Shown: positions 42,412 to 53,234 of the stretch, one piece after another
Layout of the letters: every line of letters begins with the position of its first letter
How positions within the stretch are numbered: the stretch's first letter is position 1
Source: Alphaproteobacteria bacterium
GTDB taxonomy: Bacteria; Pseudomonadota; Alphaproteobacteria; GCA-2731375
Reading direction: 5' to 3'
Assembly: GCA_965225945.1 (NCBI GenBank)
Contig: CBDDBZ010000025.1
Span: 1-64,000 of the forward strand
DNA: 64,000 nt
Notes under the pieces: generated by a model
Databases searched by the model: none
What the model saw: only the letters and a program-made list of their open reading frames with translations
Told to the model about the DNA's origin: nothing
Made by a program: the position numbers and the translations under genes

Positions 42412-43890
42412 GTGAAGAAATGGCTCGCCATCACGGCTCTGCCGCTGCTGCTGCTGCCCGCCGCCGCCGAGGCCGGCAAATCGTCGATCACGCTGGCCAT
42501 GGCGCTGGAGCCGCCGGGGCTCGACCCGACCACCGGCGCCGCCGCCGCGATCGCCCAGATCACCCTCTACAACGTCTACGAGGGGCTGACCCGGATCAAC
42601 CAGGACGCCACCGTGAGCCCGATGCTGGCGGAAAGCTGGACCATCTCCGACGACGGCAAGACCTACACCTTCAAGCTGGTGAAGGGAGTGAAGTTCCACG
42701 ACGGCACGGATTTCGATTCGGGTGACGTCAAGTTCACCTACGAGCGCAACGCCGCCGAGGACTCCAAGAACAAGCGCAAGAAATACTTCACCAACATGGC
42801 CGGAATCGAGACGCCCGACGCCCACACGGTGGTGGTGCGGCTGAAGGAGGCCAGGCCGACTTTCGTCTTCAACATGGGCGAGAGCACCGCCGTCATCGTC
42901 AATTCCGAAGCCGCGGCGAGCAACGCCACCTCGCCCGTCGGCACCGGCCCGTTCAAATTCGTCAAGTGGACCAAGGGCGATTCGGTCGAGCTGGCCAAGG
43001 ATCCGGGCTGGCGCGACGCCGCCTCGATTGCCATCGAGAAGGTCAAGTTCCGCTTCATCAACGATCAGGCGGCGCAGTTGGCGGCGGTGATGGCCGGCGA
43101 CGTCGATCTGATCCCCTTCTCGCGGGCGGCCGAGTCGATCGACGCGGTGAAGGCCAACGATCGCCTCGCCGTCACCATCGGCACCACCGAGGGCGAGACC
43201 GTGCTCTCGACCAACAACAAGCATCCCGCGCTCTCCAAGCTGAAGGTTCGCCAGGCGATCGCCCACGCCATCGACCGGTCCGAGGTCATCGAGGGCGCGA
43301 TGTTCGGCGCCGGCACGCCGATCGGCAGCCATTTCGCGCCGCACAACCCGGACTATGTGGACCTCACGGCACGCTATCCCCACGACCTCGCCAAGGCCAA
43401 GGCGCTGCTCGCCGAGGCGGGCTACGGCGGGGGGCTGGAGCTGAGCCTGAAGCTGCCACCCACGGGCTATGCCCGCGACGGCGGCCAGATCGTCGCGCAA
43501 CAGCTCGAGCGCGCCGGCTTCAGAATCAAAATCGTCAACGTCGAATGGCCGGTCTGGCTGAAGGAGGTCTACAAGCAGAAGAACTACGACCTCTCGATCG
43601 TCAGCCACGTGGAGCCGATGGACATCGGCATCTACGCCCGCAAGAACTACTACTTCCAATACGACAACGCCGACTTCAACGCCATCATGGCCAAGGCCGA
43701 CGGCACCACCGATCCGGCGCTGCGCTCCAAGTATCTGAAACAGGCGCAGCGCAAACTGGCCGACGACGCGGTCAACGGCTATCTCTTCCAGCTCGCCAAG
43801 ATCACGATTCTAGATAAGGCGCTCGTCGGGGTCTGGCGCAATTCGCCGATGTTCGTCAACGACCTGCGCTCGGTCTCCTGGAAGGAGTGA
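42412..43890 (+). CDS. ABC substrate-binding protein, family 5
   Basis: Signal peptide, EPPGLDP, LAESW, GVKFHDG, GTGPFKF. Confidence 0.92.
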   Translation: MKKWLAITALPLLLLPAAAEAGKSSITLAMALEPPGLDPTTGAAAAIAQITLYNVYEGLTRINQDATVSPMLAESWTISDDGKTYTFKLVKGVKFHDGTDFDSGDVKFTYERNAAEDSKNKRKKYFTNMAGIETPDAHTVVVRLKEARPTFVFNMGESTAVIVNSEAAASNATSPVGTGPFKFVKWTKGDSVELAKDPGWRDAASIAIEKVKFRFINDQAAQLAAVMAGDVDLIPFSRAAESIDAVKANDRLAVTIGTTEGETVLSTNNKHPALSKLKVRQAIAHAIDRSEVIEGAMFGAGTPIGSHFAPHNPDYVDLTARYPHDLAKAKALLAEAGYGGGLELSLKLPPTGYARDGGQIVAQQLERAGFRIKIVNVEWPVWLKEVYKQKNYDLSIVSHVEPMDIGIYARKNYYFQYDNADFNAIMAKADGTTDPALRSKYLKQAQRKLADDAVNGYLFQLAKITILDKALVGVWRNSPMFVNDLRSVSWKE

Positions 43891-43929
43891 GCGGGCGCGG
43901 GCGGCGGCTCGCTTCAATCCCGGTGCGCG

Positions 43930-44331
43930 CTACTCCTCGGCTTCCTCCGCGCGCAGCTCGGCGAAGGTTTCCTTGGCGGTGATGAGCCCCTCGCGGACGG
44001 AGGGGACGCCGATGTAGCCGGCGAGATGCAGCAAGACCTCGCTCAACTCGTCCTCGCTCCAGCCCTGGCGCCACGCCATGCGGAGGTGGAGCTTCAATTC
44101 CGGCCAGCGCCCCGTCGCGGTGTCGGAGACGACGCAGATCAGCGTCCGGGTCTTGAGGTCGAGGCCGGGCCGGGACCACAGCAGGCCGAAGATCGCCTCG
44201 CCGGTATAGGCCGCGAACTTCTCCATGATCGGATCGTCGTAGACGGTCCTCGACATCTCCTCGATCTTCTTGTCGCCGATCAGTCGGCGGCGGATCTCCC
44301 GGCCCTTCCTGTAGGTTTCGCTCTCGGCCAT
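43930..44331 (-). CDS. Carboxymuconolactone decarboxylase family
   Basis: FGLLWSRPGLDLKTR, HLAGYIGVP. Confidence 0.85.
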   Translation of the reverse strand: MAESETYRKGREIRRRLIGDKKIEEMSRTVYDDPIMEKFAAYTGEAIFGLLWSRPGLDLKTRTLICVVSDTATGRWPELKLHLRMAWRQGWSEDELSEVLLHLAGYIGVPSVREGLITAKETFAELRAEEAEE

Positions 44332-44444
44332 CGCTCTCTTCCTCCTAGCGTGATGCGCCATCGGGGCGCACTGTAACCGAAATCCGTACGTTCGGAGGCA
44401 TGGCCGCCACCGCCACAACGCCCGACATCTGGACAAATTCGACC

Positions 44445-45914
44445 ATGACCATCCGCTGGACCGACGCCGCCTCGACGCCGATCAACCCGCCCGGCACCGC
44501 CGAACGGCCGCTCGCCGACGCCGCCGCGCGCCTCGCGGCACTCGCCGAGGAGGTCCACGGCGATCTCCACACCTTGCGCCATCCCGAGACCGACTGGATG
44601 CCGCAGCGCCTCGGCCCGGACGGCGCGCCGATGCTCGACGTGCTGATCGCCGGCGCCGGCCAGGGCGGGCTCGCGCTTGCCGGCCAACTGATCCGCGAGC
44701 GGGTGACCAACATCCAGGTCATCGACAAGACACCCGAGGGCAAGGAAGGGGTGTGGAACGATTTCGGGCGGATGCCGGTGATCCGCTCGCCCAAGCAATA
44801 TCCGGGACCCGATCAGGGGGTCGCCAGCCTGACCTACGAGGCCTGGCATCGGGCCAAGTTCGGCGACGCGGACTGGGAGGCGGTGGTCCTGGTGCCGATC
44901 CCGGGCTGGACCGACTATCTCGCCTGGGTGCGCCAGACCCTGGCGCTGCCGGTCCTGAACGAGACCGAGCTGACCCGCATCGAGCCGGCGGAGGACTGCC
45001 TGCGGGTGACGCTGTCGACGAAGACGGGCGAGCAACGCCGCTATGTCCGCCGCCTGGTGCTGGCCACCGGCCACGACGGCACCGGCAAGTGGGATCTGCC
45101 CGACGTTATCGCCGAGCTGCCGGAAGGGTTGCGCGCCCGGGCGAGCGACCCCATCGATTTCGCCCGGCTCCGGGGCAAGCGGGTCGCGGTGCTGGGGGTC
45201 GGCGCCTCGGCCGGCGACAATGCGATCTGCGCCCTGGAGGCGGGCGTCCGCGAACTCCACATGTTCTGCCGCCGTCCCAGCCATCGCCGCCAGCAGGTTT
45301 ACCGCTGGTGCATCTTCGCCGGCTTCCTGCGTCATTTCAACGATTTGGACGACGCCTGGCGCTGGCGCTTCATGCATTACATCTTGAATATCCGCATGGG
45401 GCTGCCGCCCGAGACCTGGAACCGGATGAACGAGTTCGCCGCCTTCAGCCTCCATGCCGGCACCGAGTGGCGGGGCGTCGGCGCGCGCGGGCCCGTGGTC
45501 GAGATCGAGACCAACCGGGGCGCCTTCGAGGTCGACTTCGTGATCGCCGGCACCGGCCACGACCAGGACCTCCACGCCCGCCCGGAACTCCGCGCCTTCG
45601 CGGCCGAGATCGCGCTCTGGGCCGATCGCTACCAGCCGCCGCCGGAGCTGGCCGACGCGCGGCTCGCCCGCTATCCCTATATCGGGCCCAACTTCGAATT
45701 TTTGGAGAAAGTGCCGGGTACCGCGCCTTTCCTCTCCCGCATCCACGACTTCACCTTCGGGCCGACCCTGAGCTTCGGGCCGAGCGGATGTTCGATCAGC
45801 ACGCTCAGGCTCACCGTGGCGATGCTGGTCGCCGGCGTTACCCGGGGCCTCTTCACCGAGGACGTCGAGACCCATTGGCAAGCCGTCCTCGACTACCCCC
45901 ACATGATCCCGTGA
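44445..45914 (+). CDS. FAD/NAD(P)-dependent oxidoreductase (HpyO urate-hydroxylase-like)
   Basis: Two dinucleotide motifs GAGQGG and GVGASA; LVLATG. Confidence 0.75.
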   Translation: MTIRWTDAASTPINPPGTAERPLADAAARLAALAEEVHGDLHTLRHPETDWMPQRLGPDGAPMLDVLIAGAGQGGLALAGQLIRERVTNIQVIDKTPEGKEGVWNDFGRMPVIRSPKQYPGPDQGVASLTYEAWHRAKFGDADWEAVVLVPIPGWTDYLAWVRQTLALPVLNETELTRIEPAEDCLRVTLSTKTGEQRRYVRRLVLATGHDGTGKWDLPDVIAELPEGLRARASDPIDFARLRGKRVAVLGVGASAGDNAICALEAGVRELHMFCRRPSHRRQQVYRWCIFAGFLRHFNDLDDAWRWRFMHYILNIRMGLPPETWNRMNEFAAFSLHAGTEWRGVGARGPVVEIETNRGAFEVDFVIAGTGHDQDLHARPELRAFAAEIALWADRYQPPPELADARLARYPYIGPNFEFLEKVPGTAPFLSRIHDFTFGPTLSFGPSGCSISTLRLTVAMLVAGVTRGLFTEDVETHWQAVLDYPHMIP

Positions 45915-46025
45915 GCGGGCCGGCGGTGCGCGCCATGCCGCCCGTCGGCTTCCCCTGGAAGCGCGGCGTCGTATGATGGCGGGCGCCGTTTCGGCGCCGG
46001 CGGCGAGATGAGGGAAGGGCGCGCC

Positions 46026-46982
46026 ATGGCACGAGTGTTGATCGTGGGGGCCGCGCAGCTCGGGCCCATCCAGCGCGCCGACGACCGCGCCGCCGTGGTC
46101 CGCCGGCTGATTGCCTTGCTGCGCCAGGCGCACGCACGGGGCGCCCGCCTCGTGGTCTTTCCGGAGCTGGCGCTGACCACCTTCTTCCCCCGCTGGTGGA
46201 TGGAGGACAGCAGCGAGATCGACGCCTATTTCGAGACCGAGATGCCGGGCGCCCTGACCCGGCCGCTGTTCGAGGCGGCGGGCGAGCTCGGCCTCGGCTT
46301 CTACCTCGGCTATGCGGAACTGGCGCGCGAGGGCGGGGCCACGCACCGCTACAACACCGCTATCCTGGTCGACGCGGCCGGCGCCATCGTCGGCAAGTAT
46401 CGCAAGGTCCATCTGCCGGGCAGCCTCGAATTCCGCCCCGGCCTCGCCTTCCAGCAGTTGGAGAAGCGCTATTTCGAATACGGCGACCTCGGCTTCCCGG
46501 TCTTCCGCGCCTTCGGCGGGATCATGGGGATGGCGATCTGCAACGACCGGCGCTGGCCGGAGACCTTCCGCATGCTCGGGCTCCAGGGGGCGGAGCTGGT
46601 GATGATCGGCTACAACTCCGCCGCCCACGATCCCAATGGCGGCGCGGACAACTACGAGCGGCGGATCTTCCATTCCAACCTGGCGGTCCAGGCCGGCGCC
46701 TATCAGAACTCGACCTGGGTCGCGAGCGTCGCCAAGGCCGGCGTGGAGGACGGCGCCGGCCTGATCGGCTCCAGCGTCATCTGCAACCCCTCGGGCGAGA
46801 TCGTCGCCAGGGCCGAGACCCTGGAGGACGAGTTGCTGGTGGCGGAGTGCGATCTCGACGCCTGCGCGCCGGGCCGCGAGCTGATGTTCAACTTCGCCGA
46901 ACACCGCCGGATCGAGCACTATGGCCTGATCACCAGCCAGATCGGCGTCGTCGTGCCCGAGCTCGAGACGAGTGGCGAATAG
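46026..46982 (+). CDS. N-carbamoyl-D-amino-acid hydrolase (nitrilase superfamily)
   Basis: FPELALTTFFPRW, YRKVHLPG, ICNDRRWPE triad motifs. Confidence 0.92.
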   Translation: MARVLIVGAAQLGPIQRADDRAAVVRRLIALLRQAHARGARLVVFPELALTTFFPRWWMEDSSEIDAYFETEMPGALTRPLFEAAGELGLGFYLGYAELAREGGATHRYNTAILVDAAGAIVGKYRKVHLPGSLEFRPGLAFQQLEKRYFEYGDLGFPVFRAFGGIMGMAICNDRRWPETFRMLGLQGAELVMIGYNSAAHDPNGGADNYERRIFHSNLAVQAGAYQNSTWVASVAKAGVEDGAGLIGSSVICNPSGEIVARAETLEDELLVAECDLDACAPGRELMFNFAEHRRIEHYGLITSQIGVVVPELETSGE

Positions 46983-47010
46983 CATGATCCACGGCTTCTG
47001 CTCGATGTTG

Positions 47011-47069
47011 GATAAGGGGACACAATACTTATCTTCACGCAGCGAAGATAAGTATTGTGTCCCCTTATC
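47011..47069. repeat. GGGGACAC palindrome (26-bp perfect arms, 7-nt loop)
   Basis: GATAAGGGGACACAATACTTATCTTC and its exact reverse complement. Confidence 0.9.
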
Positions 47070-47149
47070 TATGCGCGGGCATCGCCGCGCGGCCGAGGCC
47101 CGCGCGGTTCCCGCGCTCCGCCGGGCGCTGGCCTGAGGCCCGCGGGCGA

Positions 47150-48766
47150 ATGGCGGAGGGGGCCGAGGAGTACGACTTCATCGTCGTCGGGGCCGGCTCG
47201 GCAGGCTGCGCCGTGGCCGCGCGGCTGAGCGAATCCGGGCGCCACACCGTGCTGCTGCTGGAGGCCGGGCCGCGCGACCGCAACCCCTGGATCCACGTCC
47301 CCCTCGGCTACACCAAGATCTTCACCGACGCTTCCGTCAATTGGAAGTTCGAGAGCGAGCCGGTGGCGGCGCTCGGAGGGCGCACCCTCTACCAGCCGCG
47401 CGGGCGCGTGCTGGGCGGCACCAGCTCGATCAACGGCGCGGTCTACATGCGCGGCCATCCGGCCGACTACGACGGCTGGCGCCAGCGCGATTGCGAGGGC
47501 TGGGACTGGGACTCGGTGCTGCCCTATTTCAAGCGCGCCGAGGACCAGGAGCGTGGGCCGGATGGCTGGCACGGCGTCGGCGGGCCGCTTCGCGTCTCCG
47601 ACGTGGGCCACCCGACGGCGCTCGCCGAGGCGATGATCCGGGCCGCGATGCAGGCCGGATTCCCCGCCAACCCTGATTTCAACGGCCCCACCCAGGACGG
47701 CGTCGGCTATTACCAGTTCACCGCCACGCGGAGCCGGCGCTGGAGCAGTGCCAGGGCCTATCTGCACCCCGCCCGCAGCCGCGCCAACCTGGCCGTCGTC
47801 ACCTCGGCCCTGGCCGCCCGCGTGGTGCTTGAGCAGGGCCGCGCGGCGGCGATCGAATACCGCCTCGGGCGCAACACGCGGACGGCCAGGGCGCGGCGCG
47901 AGATCGTGCTCTCGGGCGGGACTTACGGCTCGGCCCATCTGCTGCAGCTCTCCGGCATCGGCCCGGCAGACGTGCTGCGGCCGGCCGGCGTCGCGGTTCT
48001 GCACGATCTCGCCGGCGTCGGCGCCAATCTGCAGGACCACTTCAACAGCTATGTGATCTTTCGCGCCGCGCGGCCGGTGACGCTCAACGATCTGGCCAAC
48101 AGCCTCCCCCGGCGGCTGCTGGCCGGCGCCCGCTACGCCCTCTTTGGCACCGGGCCGCTCGCCGGCACCGGGATTCCGGCCGGCCTCTTCGCCCGCAGCG
48201 ATCCGAGCCTGGAGCGCCCCGATTTGCAGATCAACCTCCTGGCCTGGAGCACGGCGAAACGCCACCGCGACGGCCTGGTGGTGCATCCGTTCTCGGGTTT
48301 CATGCTGAGCCCGGTGCATTTGCGCCCCGAGGGCCGGGGCACGGTCGGCTTGCGAAGCGCGGAGCCCAGCGAGGCGCCGGCGATCCGTTTCGAATTTCTC
48401 GCGAGCGAGTATGACCGCCGGGCGATTCTGCACGGCCTGCGCCTGGCCCGCGAGATCGCCCGCCAGCCGGCGCTCGTCCCCTTCATCGCCGAGGAGATCG
48501 CGCCGGGCGCCGGCGCGGTGAGCGACGCGGATTTGCTGGCCGACGTCCGCGCCCGGGGCATCGCCAACTACCACCCCGTGGGCACCTGCCGGATGGGGCG
48601 CGGCGCCGACGCGGTGGTGGACGCTCGGTTGCGCGTGCATGGGGTGGGCGGCTTGCGGGTGGCGGACGCCTCGATCATGCCGGCGATTGTCGCCGGCAAC
48701 ACCAACGCGCCGGCGATCATGATCGCCGAGTTGGCGGCGGCCATGATCCTGGAGGACGCGGGGTAG
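47150..48766 (+). CDS. GMC oxidoreductase (choline dehydrogenase-like)
   Basis: [32 protein letters not shown]. Confidence 0.93.
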   Translation: MAEGAEEYDFIVVGAGSAGCAVAARLSESGRHTVLLLEAGPRDRNPWIHVPLGYTKIFTDASVNWKFESEPVAALGGRTLYQPRGRVLGGTSSINGAVYMRGHPADYDGWRQRDCEGWDWDSVLPYFKRAEDQERGPDGWHGVGGPLRVSDVGHPTALAEAMIRAAMQAGFPANPDFNGPTQDGVGYYQFTATRSRRWSSARAYLHPARSRANLAVVTSALAARVVLEQGRAAAIEYRLGRNTRTARARREIVLSGGTYGSAHLLQLSGIGPADVLRPAGVAVLHDLAGVGANLQDHFNSYVIFRAARPVTLNDLANSLPRRLLAGARYALFGTGPLAGTGIPAGLFARSDPSLERPDLQINLLAWSTAKRHRDGLVVHPFSGFMLSPVHLRPEGRGTVGLRSAEPSEAPAIRFEFLASEYDRRAILHGLRLAREIARQPALVPFIAEEIAPGAGAVSDADLLADVRARGIANYHPVGTCRMGRGADAVVDARLRVHGVGGLRVADASIMPAIVAGNTNAPAIMIAELAAAMILEDAG

Positions 48767-48820
48767 GGGGTGGTGGTGTGTCGTGGTTCGCTTCGACGCC
48801 GAGGTGGGGTGAAAACGGAA

Positions 48821-49845
48821 GGCTCAATTCGTGAATTGTATGCGTCACCTTGTTACGGCGGCGGCGAGGCAGGCTCGGTCATTGGCGCCGGGGGCGAGGC
48901 CGACGAGGTGGAACCAGCTCAGGTAGTTGTCCAGATAGCGGGTGGCGATGCCGCGGCGGGGACGCAGGAAGTCCTTCAACCGGCTGTGGCGGCTGTTCAC
49001 CGTCTGCACATGCAGATCGCCCCGAACCCGTTCCCCCATCGAGCGGTTGAGTGCTTCGTGGCTCACCCCGAGCGCGGCGGCGCACGGTGGGTAGCTCGCG
49101 CCGCCGTCGGAGACCAGCAGGGCGTCCTTCGCGACCACCGGGTCGAGGGCAGCCGTGAGCGCCGCCGCATCGACCCTGGGCAGCACCGCGCTGACCGTCG
49201 TTCCGCTCCGGTCCGCCGCCATGAGAACCGGTACCTGCTCGCGCGAGAGGCCGCGCTTCTTCGCCTTGCCGCCCCGCCGCCGTGCCTTGCGCCCCAGCCC
49301 GCGCGCGCCCTTCCGGCTCTCCAGGACGTAGGTCTCGTCCGCTTCCACGATCCCCTTGAGCACCTCCGAATCGCTCCGCGCCGCCGCCAGAAACCGGTGA
49401 CGCCAGCGGAACGCCGTGCTCACCGCCACGTCGCAGCGCGCCGCCGAGGCCTTCACCGTCTCCCCCTTCGCCAGCGACGCCCCGAACGACAGCCAGCGTT
49501 CCTTGTGGTGCAAGCCCGACAGCGGCGTACCGCTCAGCGCGTTGAAGGTCCTGCCGCAGCCCTTGCACTGGTAGCGCCGCAGACCCCGCGCCATACCGCG
49601 CGAAACCGCCCCTTCGCTCGCGCAGTGCGGACAGCGCCGGGCCTCGTCCACACCAAGCTCGATCGCGGCCTTCGATGCCTCGCCCTCGCTCCGGCCCGAC
49701 AGCACCGCGAGCGCCTCGCGCCGCTGCGCGCGCGTCAGCCCGCGCGCCGCCGAAAGCCACACCTGGAAACCCTTGCCGTCCATAACCCAACCTCCTGACG
49801 TTCCAGGCACTCTATCACTAATGCATACAATTCACGAATTGAGCC
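48821..49845 (-). mobile_element. IS1595-family element (transposase about 48845-49783)
   Basis: IR GGCTCAATTCGTGAATTGTATGC, 8-bp TSD AAACGGAA; CPHC/CKGC, VEADETY, VSDG. Confidence 0.93.
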
Positions 49846-49883
49846 AAACGGAAATCCCTCCCCCTTCGCCGACGGAGCCCCCC

Positions 49884-50075
49884 ATGACCGACCGCTACAC
49901 CAAAACCGTGCTGACCGTGATCGCCGCCGCGCTGGTGTGGCTCGCCGTCGACCTCCCCGCCGCCGGCGCCGCCGGCGCGCAAGACGTCAAGGTCACCGCG
50001 ATCAGCTATACCGCCGCCGACAACCTTGCGCGGCGCATCGCCCGCGAGATCACGAACGCCTGCCGCTGCCGCTAG
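49884..50075 (+). CDS. Small putative exported protein (63 aa)
   Basis: RBS GGAG; DRYTKTVLTVIAAALVWLA signal/TM segment; ends CRCR. Confidence 0.55.
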   Translation: MTDRYTKTVLTVIAAALVWLAVDLPAAGAAGAQDVKVTAISYTAADNLARRIAREITNACRCR

Positions 50076-50648
50076 CGACCCCGCCCGGCCTCGCGGCCCC
50101 GCCCGCGCGCGGCCGGCGCGCGGGTCGGGCACATCGCGCCCGCTCTCGACGTCACCGCGATCAGCCATGCCGCTCCGCTCGGTGCTTCCCGTGTTCATAT
50201 TTTGAACATGGGAATTGCGCGCGCGCGCCGTGGTGGGGATCGTGGACGAGACGCTCGGGGGGGAGACCGAGCCCGGCACCCGAGCTTCGCGACCCGCTCC
50301 CGAGCGAGACGCCCGAGCCCGCGTCCAAACGCCACGGCCACGCCGATCCGCGCCGCGCGGCGAGAAACACGCCGCGGGGGAAGTGATTTTGTAACGGCTC
50401 GATCAAAAGCCTTCATTTTCGCGCGATTTTGAGCGATTTCGAGGCCAAAATGAGGCAACATGAGTACGCTTTTCGACCCCGGAGGGCCCCGAGCCGGACG
50501 GCCGGCGTCCGGCGAGCGCCGGCTCGGCGCCGTATTCGGCGACAAGCTCTTCCGACGAGCCCTCCCGGAGCACGGTTTCGCCGGGCTCGGGCTGCTCGCC
50601 ACCCCAAACGCGGTTCACCACCTTCGGCCCTCCTCGCCTCCCGACCCC

Positions 50649-51851
50649 CTACGCCACCACCCCGGCCGCCTTCAGCGCCTCGATCTCGCCCGCCTCCAAG
50701 GCCAGCCAGTCCGCCAATACCTCGCCCGTGTGCTCGCCCAAGCCCGGCTCGAGCCGGACCTCGGGCGCCGGCGCGCCGTGAAAGCGGAGCGGGCTCGCCG
50801 GCAGCACCACCGGGCCCAGGACGGGATGGTCGACATCGTGCAGCATGGCGCGCGCCCGCATGTGGGCGTCGCCCGCCACCTCCGCCAGATCGCGCACCGG
50901 TGCGGCCGGCACCCGGCGCGCCTTCAACACGGCCGCGATTTCGTCGCGCGGCCGGGCCCGGAACCAGGGCGCGATCAGGGCGTCGACCGCGTCCTCGTGC
51001 TCGGCGCGCAAGGCTTGGGTGGAGAATCGCGGGTCCTCGCCCGCCTCCGGCCGGCCCACCACCGCCAACAGCGCCCGCCAGTGGACCTCCTTGACGCAGA
51101 GCAGCGCGACATGGCCGTCGGCGCAAGGGTAGACGTCGTAGGGCGCCGAGCCCCGCGTCGGGTGGCGGTTGCCGCGCCGCTCCGCCCGCCCGCCCCGGCG
51201 CTGCATGGAGGTCAAGTTGCTGGCGAGCGCGGGGTAGAGCGCTTCCTGCATCGCCACCTCGACGCGGCGGCCCCGCCCGGTCACCGCGCGCTCCACGAGC
51301 GCGGTGACGATGCCGGCGTAGAGGTGGATGCCGCCGAGAAAATCGCAAATCGCGAGCCCGGTCTTCAGCGGCGGGCCGTCGGGCGGGCCGTTGATGCTCA
51401 TGACCCCGCCCCATGCCTGCACCGTCAGGTCCATCGCCAAATTGTCGCGGTCGGGCCCGGAGAGGCCGTAGCCGGTGCCCGAGGCGCAGACCAGCGCTGG
51501 GTTGGCGGCCATCAGGAGCTCGGCGCCGAGGCCGAGCCGCTCGAGCGCGCCGGGGGCGAAATTCTCCACCATCACGTCGGCCCGGGCGGCCAGAGCCAGC
51601 AGCAATTCCTTGCCCCGCGCGGTCTTCAGGTCGACGACGATGCCGCGCTTGTTGGAGTTCAGCATGGCGAAGGAGAGCGGCATCGAGCCGCCGCCGCGGG
51701 CGCGCAACGGTTCGCCCTCCGGCGGCTCCAGCTTGACCACGTCGGCGCCGGCATGGGCCAGGAGGAAGCTGGCATAGGCGCCGTTATAAATCTGCCCGAG
51801 GTCCAGGACCTTGATCTCGGCCAAGGGCCAGCGCGGCGGCGCCGCGCTCAT
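50649..51851 (-). CDS. CaiB/BaiF class III CoA transferase
   Basis: KVLDLG, GADVVKLEPP, NSNKRG, ADVMVENF, PGLGEHT. Confidence 0.92.
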   Translation of the reverse strand: MSAAPPRWPLAEIKVLDLGQIYNGAYASFLLAHAGADVVKLEPPEGEPLRARGGGSMPLSFAMLNSNKRGIVVDLKTARGKELLLALAARADVMVENFAPGALERLGLGAELLMAANPALVCASGTGYGLSGPDRDNLAMDLTVQAWGGVMSINGPPDGPPLKTGLAICDFLGGIHLYAGIVTALVERAVTGRGRRVEVAMQEALYPALASNLTSMQRRGGRAERRGNRHPTRGSAPYDVYPCADGHVALLCVKEVHWRALLAVVGRPEAGEDPRFSTQALRAEHEDAVDALIAPWFRARPRDEIAAVLKARRVPAAPVRDLAEVAGDAHMRARAMLHDVDHPVLGPVVLPASPLRFHGAPAPEVRLEPGLGEHTGEVLADWLALEAGEIEALKAAGVVA

Positions 51852-53011
51852 CGGAGGCCCTGGCCCAGGATGTCGCGGGCGATGACGTGCTTCTGCACCT
51901 CGCTCGGCCCCTCGCCGATGCGGCGGATGCGGATCTCCCGGTACCAGCGCTCCAGCGGCAGGTCCTTGGCGACGCCGAGGCCGCCGTGGATCTGCATCGA
52001 GCGGTCGACCACCCGGCCGCTCGCCTCCGCCGCCACCAGCTTGGCGATCGCGCTTTCGGTGCGGAACGGCTCGCCCCGGTCCGCCTTGGCCGCCGCGTCC
52101 AGCACCAGCAGGCGGGAGGTGCGGATGTCGATCTCGCTCTCCACCAGCATCCACTGGATGCCCTGGCGCGAGGCCAGGGGCGCGCCGAAGGTCTCGCGCA
52201 GCTTGGAATATTCGATCGCCATCTCGTGCGCCTTGACCGCGACGCCGATGCATTCGGCCGCATAGGGCACGCGCTGGCGCGACAGCCGGTCGTTGGCGAT
52301 GGCGAAGCCGCCGCCCTCCTCGCCCAGGATGTTCTCGTCGGGCACGCGCAAGTCGTCCAACTGGATCTCGGTCGCGTATTTGGCGCTCCGGAGCGTGTGG
52401 ACGATGCGCCGCACCTTGAAACCGGGCCAATTCGTCTCGACGATGAAGCAGGTGATGCCGCCGCGCCCGGGCCCGCCGGTGCGGGCGAAGACCAGGCCAT
52501 AGTCGGCCCTATCGGCGCCGCTGATCCACAGCTTGGTGCCGTTCAGCACCCATTCCTCACCCTCGCGCACGGCCCGGGTCTGGATCGCGCGGGCCGGGTC
52601 GCTTCCGCCGGAGGGCTCCGAGAGGGCGAAGAAGGCCCGCTTCTCGCCGGCCAGCATGGGATAGAGGTATTTTTCCTTCTGCGGCTCGGTCGCCTCGAAC
52701 AGTTGCGCCTGGCGGGCCCCGCCGAAGGCGTTGTAGCAGGGCGCGTAGAGCCCGGCGCGATGCTGGCTGCACTCGATGGCGATCAGCGAGCGGGTGACCA
52801 GGTCGATCTCGGGGCCGCCGTATTCGGGCGGCGTATCGAGGCCGTAGAGCCCCATCGCCTTGGTCTTCTCCACCAGCGGCGCGAGTTGTTCCGGCGCCAG
52901 TTCGTCGGCGTCGGGATCGAGATCGCCCTCGAGCGGCACGATCTCCTGGGCGACGAAGCGCCGCACCATGTCGACGATCAATCGCTGTTCATCGCTCAAG
53001 GCGAGGTCCAT
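51848..53011 (-). CDS. Acyl-CoA dehydrogenase
   Basis: ALSEPSGGSD, LNGTKLWIS, QIHGGLG, IGEGPSE. Confidence 0.93.
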   Translation of the reverse strand: MDLALSDEQRLIVDMVRRFVAQEIVPLEGDLDPDADELAPEQLAPLVEKTKAMGLYGLDTPPEYGGPEIDLVTRSLIAIECSQHRAGLYAPCYNAFGGARQAQLFEATEPQKEKYLYPMLAGEKRAFFALSEPSGGSDPARAIQTRAVREGEEWVLNGTKLWISGADRADYGLVFARTGGPGRGGITCFIVETNWPGFKVRRIVHTLRSAKYATEIQLDDLRVPDENILGEEGGGFAIANDRLSRQRVPYAAECIGVAVKAHEMAIEYSKLRETFGAPLASRQGIQWMLVESEIDIRTSRLLVLDAAAKADRGEPFRTESAIAKLVAAEASGRVVDRSMQIHGGLGVAKDLPLERWYREIRIRRIGEGPSEVQKHVIARDILGQGLR

Positions 53012-53234
53012 CGCCCTCTCCTTTCGTCGTCTTCGCGGGGCGCGGCCGCGCCGGGGCGGGAAGTGCCGGGGAGTATGTTTGATCGCGCCCGGCGACGGAA
53101 GGGCGGGGGCGTGGTCCGGCCGGGTCGGGCGAGCCCGGCGATTCCGCGTGAGCGGATCATACTATTCCCCGCGCTTGACTGGGCGGCGCGTCCAGGGCTC
53201 TGATGACCGCCGGAGCGAGGCGAGAGCGCATGCC

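Noticed and set aside
50192-50208. LexA box
   Set aside because: Matches neither the alphaproteobacterial GTTC-N7-GTTC direct repeat nor GAAC-N4-GTTC
33564-52430. Long ORF-track calls such as 33564-35726, 38811-40268, 41923-43890, 44280-46985 and 50649-52430 as fusion or novel proteins
   Set aside because: High-GC read-through extensions or antisense shadows of real genes; internal starts give normal-sized proteins
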